Assembly: GCA_963615785.1 (NCBI GenBank)
Contig: CAVEID010000009.1
Span: 11,733 to 75,732 of the forward strand
Length of the DNA stretch: 64,000 nucleotides
Direction: 5' to 3'
Source: Oxalobacter sp.
GTDB taxonomy: Bacteria > Bacillota > Clostridia > Oscillospirales > Ruminococcaceae
The position numbers and the translations under genes were made by a program. This document shows positions 45,107 through 52,618 of the stretch, piece by piece; the stretch's first letter is position 1, and every line of letters starts with the position of its first letter. A model generated the notes under the pieces. The model worked only from the letters and a program-made list of their open reading frames with translations. It was not told the DNA's origin and searched no databases.

Positions 45107-45946
45107 ATGAAACTTTCATTTACCAAAATGCAGGGCTGCGCCAACGACTATATCTATCTGGACTGCCGCGAAAGCGGCGTGCCGGAAAATATCGCTGCGC
45201 TTTCGGAAAAGCTGTCCCGGCGGCATTTTTCTATTGGTGCCGACGGCATCATCTGCATCTGTGCACCGCAGACAGCGGGCGCTGACGGCATGATGCGCAT
45301 TTTCAACGCTGACGGCAGCGAGGGCAGGATGTGCGGCAACGGCATCCGCTGTGTGGCCGAATGGCTGTACACCCACGGCACCGCGAAGGAAAAACTTGCC
45401 ATTGACACCCTCAGCGGCCTGAAGACCGTCACCCACAAGGGCGAGGGCCTCTGGCAGGTGGAGATGGGCGCTTACAGCACCATGCCTGCCGATCTGCCCG
45501 CTGTGAACATGGGCGAGGGTCCGCTGGTGGATAAAACCCTGACCGTGGACGGCAAAGACTGGCAGGTGACCTGCATCAGTGTGGGCAACCCCCACTGCGT
45601 GACCGTGGTGGAGGATGTGGACAGCCTGAAGCTGGAAGAGATCGGCCCGGCGTTTGAGCACCACGCAAACTTCCCGGAACGCATCAACACCGAGTTCGTG
45701 CAGGTGGTGGACGCCACCCACCTGAAAATGCGGGTGTGGGAGCGCGGCAGCGGCGAGACCTGGGCCTGCGGCACCGGCACCTGCGCTACCGTGGCGGCCC
45801 TGACCGAACTGGGCATCTGCCCGGCAGGCGAGGACGTTCATGTTCAGCTGCGCGGCGGCGTGCTGACCATCCGGGTGCTGCCCGGAAAACAGCTGCTCAT
45901 GACCGGCGCAGCTGAGACGGTGTGTGAAGGTTTTACTGAAGTTTAA
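45107..45946 (+). CDS. dapF: Diaminopimelate epimerase
   Basis: MKLSFTKMQGCANDYIYLD. Both catalytic Cys motifs are present: NADGSEGRMCGNGIRC and GETWACGTG. Confidence 0.9.
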   Translation: MKLSFTKMQGCANDYIYLDCRESGVPENIAALSEKLSRRHFSIGADGIICICAPQTAGADGMMRIFNADGSEGRMCGNGIRCVAEWLYTHGTAKEKLAIDTLSGLKTVTHKGEGLWQVEMGAYSTMPADLPAVNMGEGPLVDKTLTVDGKDWQVTCISVGNPHCVTVVEDVDSLKLEEIGPAFEHHANFPERINTEFVQVVDATHLKMRVWERGSGETWACGTGTCATVAALTELGICPAGEDVHVQLRGGVLTIRVLPGKQLLMTGAAETVCEGFTEV

Positions 45947-45950
45947 GCAG

Positions 45951-46107
45951 CCTTCCCCCTCGGGGGAAGGTGGCAGTGCCGCCAGGCAATGACGGATGAG
46001 GGGAAGCTTCCGCTAGATTCCGCTTTCCAAGAGCGAAATCAAAAGATGACTGCCCCTCATCAGTCCTGTCGCTTACGCGCCAGTCCAGCTTCCCCCAAGG
46101 GGGAAGC
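45951..46107. repeat. Composite GC-rich palindromic intergenic repeat, copy A
   Basis: Hairpins CCTTCCCCCTCGGGGGAAGG (45951-45970) and GCTTCCCCCAAGGGGGAAGC (46088-46107) flank GATGAGGGG...CCCCTCATC pairing. Related to copies at 50924-51076 and 59910-60041. Confidence 0.7.
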
Positions 46108-46135
46108 CTAATAAAAGAATCGAGGGAAAGTAACT

Positions 46136-47323
46136 ATGAAGATGAACAAACATTACAACGAGCTGAAAGCCAGCTACCTGTTCGTGGACATTGCCCACAA
46201 GGTGGCTGCTTACCAGGAAGCACACCCCGAAAAGGAGATCATTCGTCTGGGCATCGGCGATGTGACTCAGCCTCTGGCAAAGTGCGTGGTCAAGGCCATG
46301 CATGACGCCGCCGACGAAATGGGCACCAAAGAGGGCTTCCACGGCTACGGCCCCGAGCAGGGTTACCCCTTCCTGAAGCAGGCAATTCAGGGCTACTATG
46401 CAGGCCGCGGCACCAAGCTGGCAGAGGATGAAATCTTCATTTCGGATGGTGCCAAGAGCGATCTGGCCAACGTGCTGGGCCTGTTCGATGTGGACAACAC
46501 CGTGCTGGTCCCGGACCCTGTTTACCCCACCTATGTGGACGACAATGTGACCGATGGCCGCAAGATCATCTACAGCCGCACCAGCCAGGAGAACGGCTTC
46601 CTGGGTATGCCCGACGAGAATGTGAAGGCAGACATCATCTATATCTGCAGCCCCAACAACCCCACCGGTGCTGCCTACACCCGCGACCAGCTGAAAGCTT
46701 GGGTGGACTATGCCAAGAAGAACGACGCCGTCATCCTGTACGACGCCGCTTACGAGTGCTTCATCTCCGACGAGAACCTCGCCCGCAGCATCTTCGAGAT
46801 CGAGGGTGCCCGCGAGTGTGCTATTGAAATTTGCTCTTTCTCCAAGATCGCAGGCTTCACCGGCACCCGTTGCGGCTATACCGTGGTGCCCAAGGAGCTG
46901 GAACGCGAGGGTATGAACATCAACAAGCTGTGGCTGCGCCGCCAGACCACCAAGTTCAACGGCGTGCCTTACGTTGTGCAGCGCGCCGCTGCCGCCGTGT
47001 TCACCGAGAGCGGCATGGCTGAGATCCAGCAGAATCTGGACTATTACCGCAAGAACGCCAAGGTCATTGCCGACGCTCTGGATGAGTGCGGCGTGTGGTA
47101 TTGCGGCGGCAAGAACAGCCCTTACATCTGGCTGCGCTGCCCCGGCAACATGAAGAGCTGGGAATTCTTTGACTGGCTGCTGGAGAACTGCGGCGTGGTC
47201 GGCACCCCGGGCGTGGGCTTTGGTGAGTGCGGCGAGGGCTACTTCCGCCTGACTGCTTTCGGCGACGCCGAGAAGACCAAGGTTGCCGCAGAGCGCATTA
47301 AGGCGGCAATCAAGGCACTGTAA
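46136..47323 (+). CDS. dapL: LL-diaminopimelate aminotransferase
   Basis: N-terminus NKHYNELKASYLF..IRLGIGDVTQPL and PLP-lysine region CSFSKIAGFTGTRCGY. About 395 aa. Adjacent to dapF. Confidence 0.85.
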   Translation: MKMNKHYNELKASYLFVDIAHKVAAYQEAHPEKEIIRLGIGDVTQPLAKCVVKAMHDAADEMGTKEGFHGYGPEQGYPFLKQAIQGYYAGRGTKLAEDEIFISDGAKSDLANVLGLFDVDNTVLVPDPVYPTYVDDNVTDGRKIIYSRTSQENGFLGMPDENVKADIIYICSPNNPTGAAYTRDQLKAWVDYAKKNDAVILYDAAYECFISDENLARSIFEIEGARECAIEICSFSKIAGFTGTRCGYTVVPKELEREGMNINKLWLRRQTTKFNGVPYVVQRAAAAVFTESGMAEIQQNLDYYRKNAKVIADALDECGVWYCGGKNSPYIWLRCPGNMKSWEFFDWLLENCGVVGTPGVGFGECGEGYFRLTAFGDAEKTKVAAERIKAAIKAL

Positions 47324-47407
47324 GAGGAATGTGTAAGCGTTGAAATACTCTGTTCCTGTCCGCCCGTCAGGGCGGCAAGAGCTTTAAGTTGAGCGATTTA
47401 TAACGTA

Positions 47408-47442
47408 AGCTCCTGTTATCTTCGGATAGCAGGAGCTTTTTT
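47408..47442 (+). terminator. Rho-independent terminator after dapL
   Basis: Stem AGCTCCTGTTATC / GATAGCAGGAGCT, loop TTCG, then TTTTTT. Confidence 0.85.
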
Positions 47443-47453
47443 GCGCCATATGC

Positions 47454-47494
47454 TTGACAAAATTGTATCTTCTGTATATACTGTACATATACAG
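47454..47494 (+). promoter_or_regulatory. Promoter with overlapping palindromic operator for the GntR-ABC operon
   Basis: TTGACA (47454) - 17 nt - TATACT (47477). The inverted repeat CTGTATAT-N7-ATATACAG (47472-47494) overlaps the -10. Confidence 0.6.
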
Positions 47495-47509
47495 ATAAAC
47501 GAAAGGAAA

Positions 47510-47887
47510 ATGCGGATGAACCTGTTTATTGATAATAAGAGCGGCACGCCTATCTATGACCAGATCTATACCCAGATCAAGGATCAGATCATACAGGGCG
47601 CACTGCAGCCGGACGAGGCGATGCCGTCGATCCGTGGTTTGGCGCGGGACCTGCGCATCAGTGTCATTACAACAAAGCGCGCTTACGACGAGCTGGAAAA
47701 GGAAGGTTTTCTATATGCCGTGCCGGCCAAAGGCTTTTTTGTGGCCCCTAAAAATACCGAGCTGCTGCGGGAAGAAAATCTGAAAAAAATCGAATCGCAC
47801 CTTACCGAGGCCGTGCGCCTGTCTGCGTCCTGCGGGCTGAGCAAAAACGACCTGCAAGAGATGCTGGAACTGTTGTGGGAGGGCTGA
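47510..47887 (+). CDS. GntR family transcriptional regulator (YtrA subfamily)
   Basis: PIYDQIYTQIKDQIIQGALQPDEAMPSIRGLARDLRISVITTKRAYDELEKEGFLY, with a short C-terminus typical of YtrA-type regulators. Confidence 0.85.
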   Translation: MRMNLFIDNKSGTPIYDQIYTQIKDQIIQGALQPDEAMPSIRGLARDLRISVITTKRAYDELEKEGFLYAVPAKGFFVAPKNTELLREENLKKIESHLTEAVRLSASCGLSKNDLQEMLELLWEG

Positions 47888-47890
47888 GCG

Positions 47891-48739
47891 ATGAACGCAT
47901 TGGAACTCAGGAAGCTGGAAAAACATTATAAGGACTTCACTTTGGGCCCATTGGATCTGACCTTGCCCGGCGGCACCATCTGCGGCCTGATCGGTGAGAA
48001 CGGCGCGGGCAAAAGCACCACCATCAAGCTGATTCTGGACATGGTGCAGCGGGACGGCGGCACAGTGACCATTCTGGGCAAAGATAACCGCACCGACTTT
48101 GTGCGCACCAAAGAGGATATTGGTGTGGTGCTGGGCAGTGACGGCATCCCGCAGTGTCTAAGCGCCGTGCAGGTGGGCCGCATGATGGCAGGCATCTACG
48201 CAAACTGGGATGCGCCCGCTTACGCCGAACTCTGCCGAAAGTTTGATCTGCCGGAAAAGAAAAAATATAAGGATTATTCCACCGGTATGAAGATGAAACT
48301 GTGCATTGCTGCGGCGCTGTCCCACCATCCGAAACTGCTGCTGCTTGACGAAGCCACCAACGGTCTTGACCCGGTGGTGCGGGATGAAGTGGTGGATATC
48401 CTGCTGGATTTTGCCCGGGACGAGGAACATTCTATCCTTATTTCTTCCCACATCGTCAGCGATTTGGAAAAGCTGTGCGACACCATTGCGTTCCTGCACA
48501 AGGGCAGGCTGCTGCTGTGTGAAGAAAAGGACACCCTGCGGGAGAAATATGTGCTCTGGCATGGCAGCGCTGCCCAGCTGGAAGAGTTGGATGCCGGGGC
48601 GGTGTACAGCAGACGGGTCACACCTTACGGAGCCGAAGCACTGGTGCGCCGGGATGCTGTGCCAGCCGGGAGCAATCTTTCCCCGGTGAGCATTGAAGAA
48701 CTGTTTGTGCTGATGGTGAAAGGGGAGTGCGCGGAATGA
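47891..48739 (+). CDS. ABC transporter ATP-binding protein
   Basis: Walker A GENGAGKST, signature YSTGMKMKL, Walker B LLLLDEATNGLD. Confidence 0.9.
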   Translation: MNALELRKLEKHYKDFTLGPLDLTLPGGTICGLIGENGAGKSTTIKLILDMVQRDGGTVTILGKDNRTDFVRTKEDIGVVLGSDGIPQCLSAVQVGRMMAGIYANWDAPAYAELCRKFDLPEKKKYKDYSTGMKMKLCIAAALSHHPKLLLLDEATNGLDPVVRDEVVDILLDFARDEEHSILISSHIVSDLEKLCDTIAFLHKGRLLLCEEKDTLREKYVLWHGSAAQLEELDAGAVYSRRVTPYGAEALVRRDAVPAGSNLSPVSIEELFVLMVKGECAE

Positions 48740-49380
48740 AGGGCTTGCTGTTAAAGGATGCATATCAGGCGTGGTACTACGCAAAAGGTGTTTTCGCGGC
48801 AGCTGTGGTCATGATGGGCGCGGGCGTGGCCACGATGATGAACGGAGCCAATTTCTTCATCGTGTATGCGGGCTTTTTGATGGGGATGCTGCCTATGACC
48901 CTGCTGGCCTATGACCAGACCAGCAAATTCGACAAATACAGCGCGGCACTTCCGGTCACGAAGGAACAGCTGGTGGGCTGCAAGTATATCGTTGGTCTTT
49001 GCGGGCTGGCGCTGGCAGAACTTTTTACTGCTGCGGCCCTTGGTGTGGGATATCTGCACTGGGCGGCTGTGGACGGCGCACTGGTGGCTTCCACGTTGGT
49101 GCAGGTGGCCATGACGACCCTGCTGAACAGCGCCATCCTGCTGCCGCTGACCTATCGCTTTGGCTACGAAAAAGCTAAATATGTTTTCTATCTTATGGTT
49201 GGCGTGATGGCAGCCGTGATGGGCTTTGGGGTGGCTTCCAACGAAGATGGACTGGTGAAAAGTCTCCTGCCGCGGGGCATTTCCTCGGTGGGGCTGCTGG
49301 GTATTGCGGCAATGGCCCTGGTGCTGTACGCCCTTTCGTGGCGGCTGTCGGTGGCATGGTACGGAAAGGCAGAACAGTAA
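48736..49380 (+). CDS. ABC-2 type transporter permease
   Basis: ATG at 48736 overlaps the ATPase stop (ATGA). About 6 TM. MKGLLLKDAY is a typical N-terminus of this ABC-2 family. Confidence 0.7.
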   Translation: MKGLLLKDAYQAWYYAKGVFAAAVVMMGAGVATMMNGANFFIVYAGFLMGMLPMTLLAYDQTSKFDKYSAALPVTKEQLVGCKYIVGLCGLALAELFTAAALGVGYLHWAAVDGALVASTLVQVAMTTLLNSAILLPLTYRFGYEKAKYVFYLMVGVMAAVMGFGVASNEDGLVKSLLPRGISSVGLLGIAAMALVLYALSWRLSVAWYGKAEQ

Positions 49381-49440
49381 AGCATAACATAGCCCCGCTC
49401 CTGTGCCGGAAAGCTTCGGCAGCAGGGACGGAGCCGTGTT

Positions 49441-50052
49441 TTATTGGAAACTGACAGAGGAAAATGTCTGCTTCATCAGGCCGTGACGGTTGCAGTAAAG
49501 GTACAATATGCCTGCACCCCGCAGGGGAAAGCGGCATTCGGAACTTCCCTCAGGATAGAGCTTGACTAGCTGCAAATGGTCGGCAGTCAGGCAGGCCAGA
49601 AACGAAAGATAATGCTCCTTTGTCATAGGGTGCTGGGCGGACACGAACAGCTCATCTTCTATCTTTTCAAGGGTCAGCCGATGGGCATTGTCGGGTTCTT
49701 CGGCGGTGCGAAGATCGAGCTCCGGCAGGGCGATACCGCAGCAGCTGACCACCGCAGAACCGGCGGCAAACAGCATGTTGCCGCACACCGGGCAGACGTA
49801 AAGCTTTGAGCGCAGCAGATTGGCCGAGCGGTTGGCGTTGACCACCGGCGCACCGTGCATCAGCTCCAGCACGGACACGCCCAGCGCAGCGGCCAGCGGT
49901 TCCAGCAGAGAGATGTCCGGCAGACCCTTGGCAGTCTCCCATTTGGAGACGGTCTTGTCGCTGACGGCCAGTGCCTGTGCCAGCTGGGCCTGTGTGAGAT
50001 GTTTTTGTTCCCGCAGCTGCCGAATGGCGCTGCCGGTAACGTAAGGTTCCAT
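49441..50052 (-). CDS. XRE-type HTH fused to a desulfoferrodoxin (desulforedoxin + superoxide reductase-like) domain
   Basis: N-terminus LREQKHLTQAQLAQALAVSDKTVSKWE. The C-terminus YVCPVCGN..VVSCCG, NAHRL, QHPMTKEH and YCNRHG parallels Dfx YKCxxCGN..VCCG, KHVP, HPMxxxH and CNLHG. Confidence 0.75.
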   Translation of the reverse strand: MEPYVTGSAIRQLREQKHLTQAQLAQALAVSDKTVSKWETAKGLPDISLLEPLAAALGVSVLELMHGAPVVNANRSANLLRSKLYVCPVCGNMLFAAGSAVVSCCGIALPELDLRTAEEPDNAHRLTLEKIEDELFVSAQHPMTKEHYLSFLACLTADHLQLVKLYPEGSSECRFPLRGAGILYLYCNRHGLMKQTFSSVSFQ

Positions 50053-50101
50053 AAAAATTCTCCTTTATTTGCAGGTGTTTCGTTCTGCTCAAAGGATACC
50101 A

Positions 50102-50145
50102 TATGCAAAAAGTCCACGCAACCTACGCTGCGTGGACTTTGTTTT
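50102..50145 (-). terminator. Rho-independent terminator after the small membrane protein gene
   Basis: Stem AAAGTCCACGCA / TGCGTGGACTTT. On the minus strand it is followed by TTTTTGC. Confidence 0.7.
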
Positions 50146-50403
50146 TTACATAGATTCGTCTGAATTATCTGCTTTTTGAGTTGCAGCCTTCTGGGCGGCC
50201 TCCAGTTCCTCCACCCGATTTTGCAGGGCAGTGATCTTATCATCCATTTTGATGAAAGTCCAGATCAGAACTGCAAGCACCAGTGCGGGCGGAACGACCA
50301 TCAGCAGGGACTGCTGGCACCAGAGCAGCAGCGAGTAGCCGCCGAATACGGTGAAGATGAACACTGCAAAAAGACAGGCGGCAAATACAGCAAAGAATCC
50401 CAT
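50146..50403 (-). CDS. Small membrane protein (2 TM) with C-terminal coiled-coil tail, hypothetical
   Basis: ATG at 50403 behind GGGAGG. Starts MGFFAVFAACLFAVFIFTVFGG.., has a second TM, then DDKITALQNRVEELEAAQKAA. Confidence 0.5.
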   Translation of the reverse strand: MGFFAVFAACLFAVFIFTVFGGYSLLLWCQQSLLMVVPPALVLAVLIWTFIKMDDKITALQNRVEELEAAQKAATQKADNSDESM

Positions 50404-50422
50404 ACAGATGTCCTCCCTGCGG

Positions 50423-50899
50423 TTATTCTTCGGTTTCTTCTTCATCCGGGTCAAGCTCGATGCTGAACACGGCCTTTTTCAGTTTGCCGCAGCCCTGCGC
50501 TTTCAGGCCGGACTTGTAAGGCTCACCGGCCAGATACAGCGCAAAACGCCCCTCACAGAGCATACCGGCGATGCTGGTGCCCGCAGTGCCTACAGTGGTG
50601 TCGGCAGCTTCGTCAGTGGGCTTGGTGGGGGTCAGCTCGGCAAGGCTCACTTCAAACAGCTCGCTGCCGTCGAGGTCGGTCTCCAGAGTGATATGGTTGT
50701 CGTGGCGCTGGAACAGGGCCTTATCTGAGGTCAGAGGCGTTACGGTGCTCACCGTGACCACGGCCTTTTCGCCGTCGATGCGGGTGCGCCCGGCGGGCAG
50801 GGTGGTGATATCCCGGGCCATGATATATTCAATAACGGTGTCAAGATTGTCGCTGACGCCCAGATAGTTGGGCAGGTTGTTCAGGGTATCGTAGATCAT
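50423..50899 (-). CDS. YhcH/YjgK/YiaL family protein (DUF386)
   Basis: 158 aa, MIYDTLNNLPNYLG...LPAGRTRIDGEKAVVTVS..T......FQRHDNHITL, typical of this cupin-like family. Confidence 0.7.
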   Translation of the reverse strand: MIYDTLNNLPNYLGVSDNLDTVIEYIMARDITTLPAGRTRIDGEKAVVTVSTVTPLTSDKALFQRHDNHITLETDLDGSELFEVSLAELTPTKPTDEAADTTVGTAGTSIAGMLCEGRFALYLAGEPYKSGLKAQGCGKLKKAVFSIELDPDEEETEE

Positions 50900-50923
50900 A
50901 ATAGCGCTCCTTTTTGTGAAAAA

Positions 50924-51076
50924 GGGCAGCGGGCCCGCCCTCTCAGCCTCACTTTGTTCGGCAGCTCCCCCAAAGTGGGAGCCTTTGGCAGTATGGCAAA
51001 GTTTGTGATTTTGCCAAGGCCTCTCCCTTTGGGAGAGGCGTCACTGCAAGTGACGGAGAGGGCGAAGATGCTGCCC
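50924..51076. repeat. Composite GC-rich palindromic intergenic repeat, copy B
   Basis: Outer pairings are GGGCAGC/GCTGCCC and GCCCTCTC/GAGAGGGC. Inner hairpins are GCTCCCCCAAAGTGGGAGC, CCTCTCCCTTTGGGAGAGG and GTCACTGCAAGTGAC. It shares CTTTGGCAG...TTTGCC with copy C. Confidence 0.7.
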
Positions 51077-51085
51077 TAAAATTTT

Positions 51086-51991
51086 TTACTCTGCGTCCTT
51101 CGGGTCGGTGGCCAGTTCCTTGATGCTGGGAATCACGCCGCCCAGGTTCTGCAGCTCCGAAGGAATGATGATCTTGGTGGCCTTGCCGTTGGCCACCTTG
51201 GCCAGAGCTTCCAGGCTGCGGATGGCAAGCACTTTGTCGCTGGGCATGGCCTCGTTCAGCAGACGGATGGCATCGGCGTTGGCTTTCTGCACGGCCAGAA
51301 TGGCCTGTGCTTCGCCTTCCGCTTCGAGGATGCGCTGCTGTTTCACGGCATCAGCACGCAGGATGGCAGCTTCCTTTTCGCCCTCGGCAGCAGTGATGGC
51401 AGCCTGCTTCTCACCGTCGGCTTTCAGGATGACGGCGCGCTTTTCGCGCTCGGCCTTCATCTGCTTCTCCATGGCTTCCTGAATCTCCCGGGGCGGGATG
51501 ATGTTCTTGACCTCCACGCGGTTGACCTTGATGCCCCACTTATCGGTGGCTTCGTCAAGGATGGCAGTGATCTTGCCATTGATGACGTCGCGGCTGGTCA
51601 GGGTGTGGTCCAGCTCCATCTCACCAATGATGTTGCGCAGGGTGGTGGCAGACAGGCTTTCAATGGCTGCAATGGGCTGGTTGACGCCGTAGGTGTAGAG
51701 CTTGGCGTCCATCACCTGGAAGAACACCACGGTGTCGATCTGCATGGTGACGTTATCGCGGGTGATGACCGGCTGAGGGGGAAAGTCTGCGACCTGCTCT
51801 TTCAGGCTGACCTTTTTGGCGATGCGCTCAATGAACGGAATTTTGATGTGCAGGCCCGCTGACCAGGTGTCGGAGTAGCTGCCCAGCCGTTCAATGACGT
51901 ACACCTTGGACTGGGGCACAATGACGATGTTGGTGACGATCACCAGCAGGACAATGAAGACCAGCGCGAGAATCAGAAAAAACATGACCAT
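51086..51991 (-). CDS. SPFH/Band 7 (stomatin/prohibitin-like) membrane protein
   Basis: N-terminal TM FFLILALVFIVLLVIV, an SPFH core (IVPQSKVYVIERLGSY...) and an Ala/Glu-rich coiled coil (KQMKAEREKRAVILKADGEKQAA..). Confidence 0.85.
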   Translation of the reverse strand: MVMFFLILALVFIVLLVIVTNIVIVPQSKVYVIERLGSYSDTWSAGLHIKIPFIERIAKKVSLKEQVADFPPQPVITRDNVTMQIDTVVFFQVMDAKLYTYGVNQPIAAIESLSATTLRNIIGEMELDHTLTSRDVINGKITAILDEATDKWGIKVNRVEVKNIIPPREIQEAMEKQMKAEREKRAVILKADGEKQAAITAAEGEKEAAILRADAVKQQRILEAEGEAQAILAVQKANADAIRLLNEAMPSDKVLAIRSLEALAKVANGKATKIIIPSELQNLGGVIPSIKELATDPKDAE

Positions 51992-52026
51992 AGTGGGTTC
52001 TCCTTTCGTTGCGGCGTGAACAGGGT

Positions 52027-52476
52027 TCACGCGCTGCGGCTTTCGGTCAGAACGGGCTCCACGATGAGCAGAGTGCTGTGGATCTCGGTCACACGGCAGC
52101 GCTCACCGGGACGGAGGACGTCGCCGGGGGTGATGCACCGGGCATTCCAGTCTACGCCGTCCAACCGGACACGGCCCGGCACATTGGCGGTGACGGTGGT
52201 GAGCACAGTGGCTTCACGGCCCAGATTGCGGTCGCCATTGGTGGGGGTGTTCTTCTGGCGCAGCTTTGCGGCCAGCGGACGGAACGCCAGCAGGCACAGG
52301 ATGCTCACCACGATGAACACCAGCGCCTGCACCCGGAACGAATCCGTGAACAGGCAGGTGAGCAGGGCGGCGGCAGCACCGGCAGCGAACCAGATGCTGG
52401 TCATGGCGAAGGTGGAAGCCTCCACCACCAGAAAAACCACGACAGCGGCCAGCCAGAAAAATGGAACAGGATTCAT
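52027..52476 (-). CDS. NfeD family membrane protein
   Basis: 149 aa with N-terminal TMs and a C-terminal OB-fold-like GRVRLDGVDWNARC. Upstream partner of the SPFH gene. Confidence 0.8.
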   Translation of the reverse strand: MNPVPFFWLAAVVVFLVVEASTFAMTSIWFAAGAAAALLTCLFTDSFRVQALVFIVVSILCLLAFRPLAAKLRQKNTPTNGDRNLGREATVLTTVTANVPGRVRLDGVDWNARCITPGDVLRPGERCRVTEIHSTLLIVEPVLTESRSA

Positions 52477-52571
52477 GGGTCTCCCTCCTTATGCCCTTAT
52501 TATAGGGTATCCCCTTGGGGGAAGGTCAAGCATTTTTTACTGGAACGTTGCGCAGAAAACGAAATGCGGAA

Positions 52572-52614
52572 TAAAAAGAAACAGAAAGGCTTTCCATTCA
52601 GGGAAAGCCTTTCT
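52572..52614 (-). terminator. Rho-independent terminator after the GH13 gene
   Basis: Stem AGAAAGGCTTTCC / GGAAAGCCTTTCT. On the minus strand it is followed by GTTTCTTTTT. Confidence 0.75.
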
Positions 52615-52618
52615 CAAA

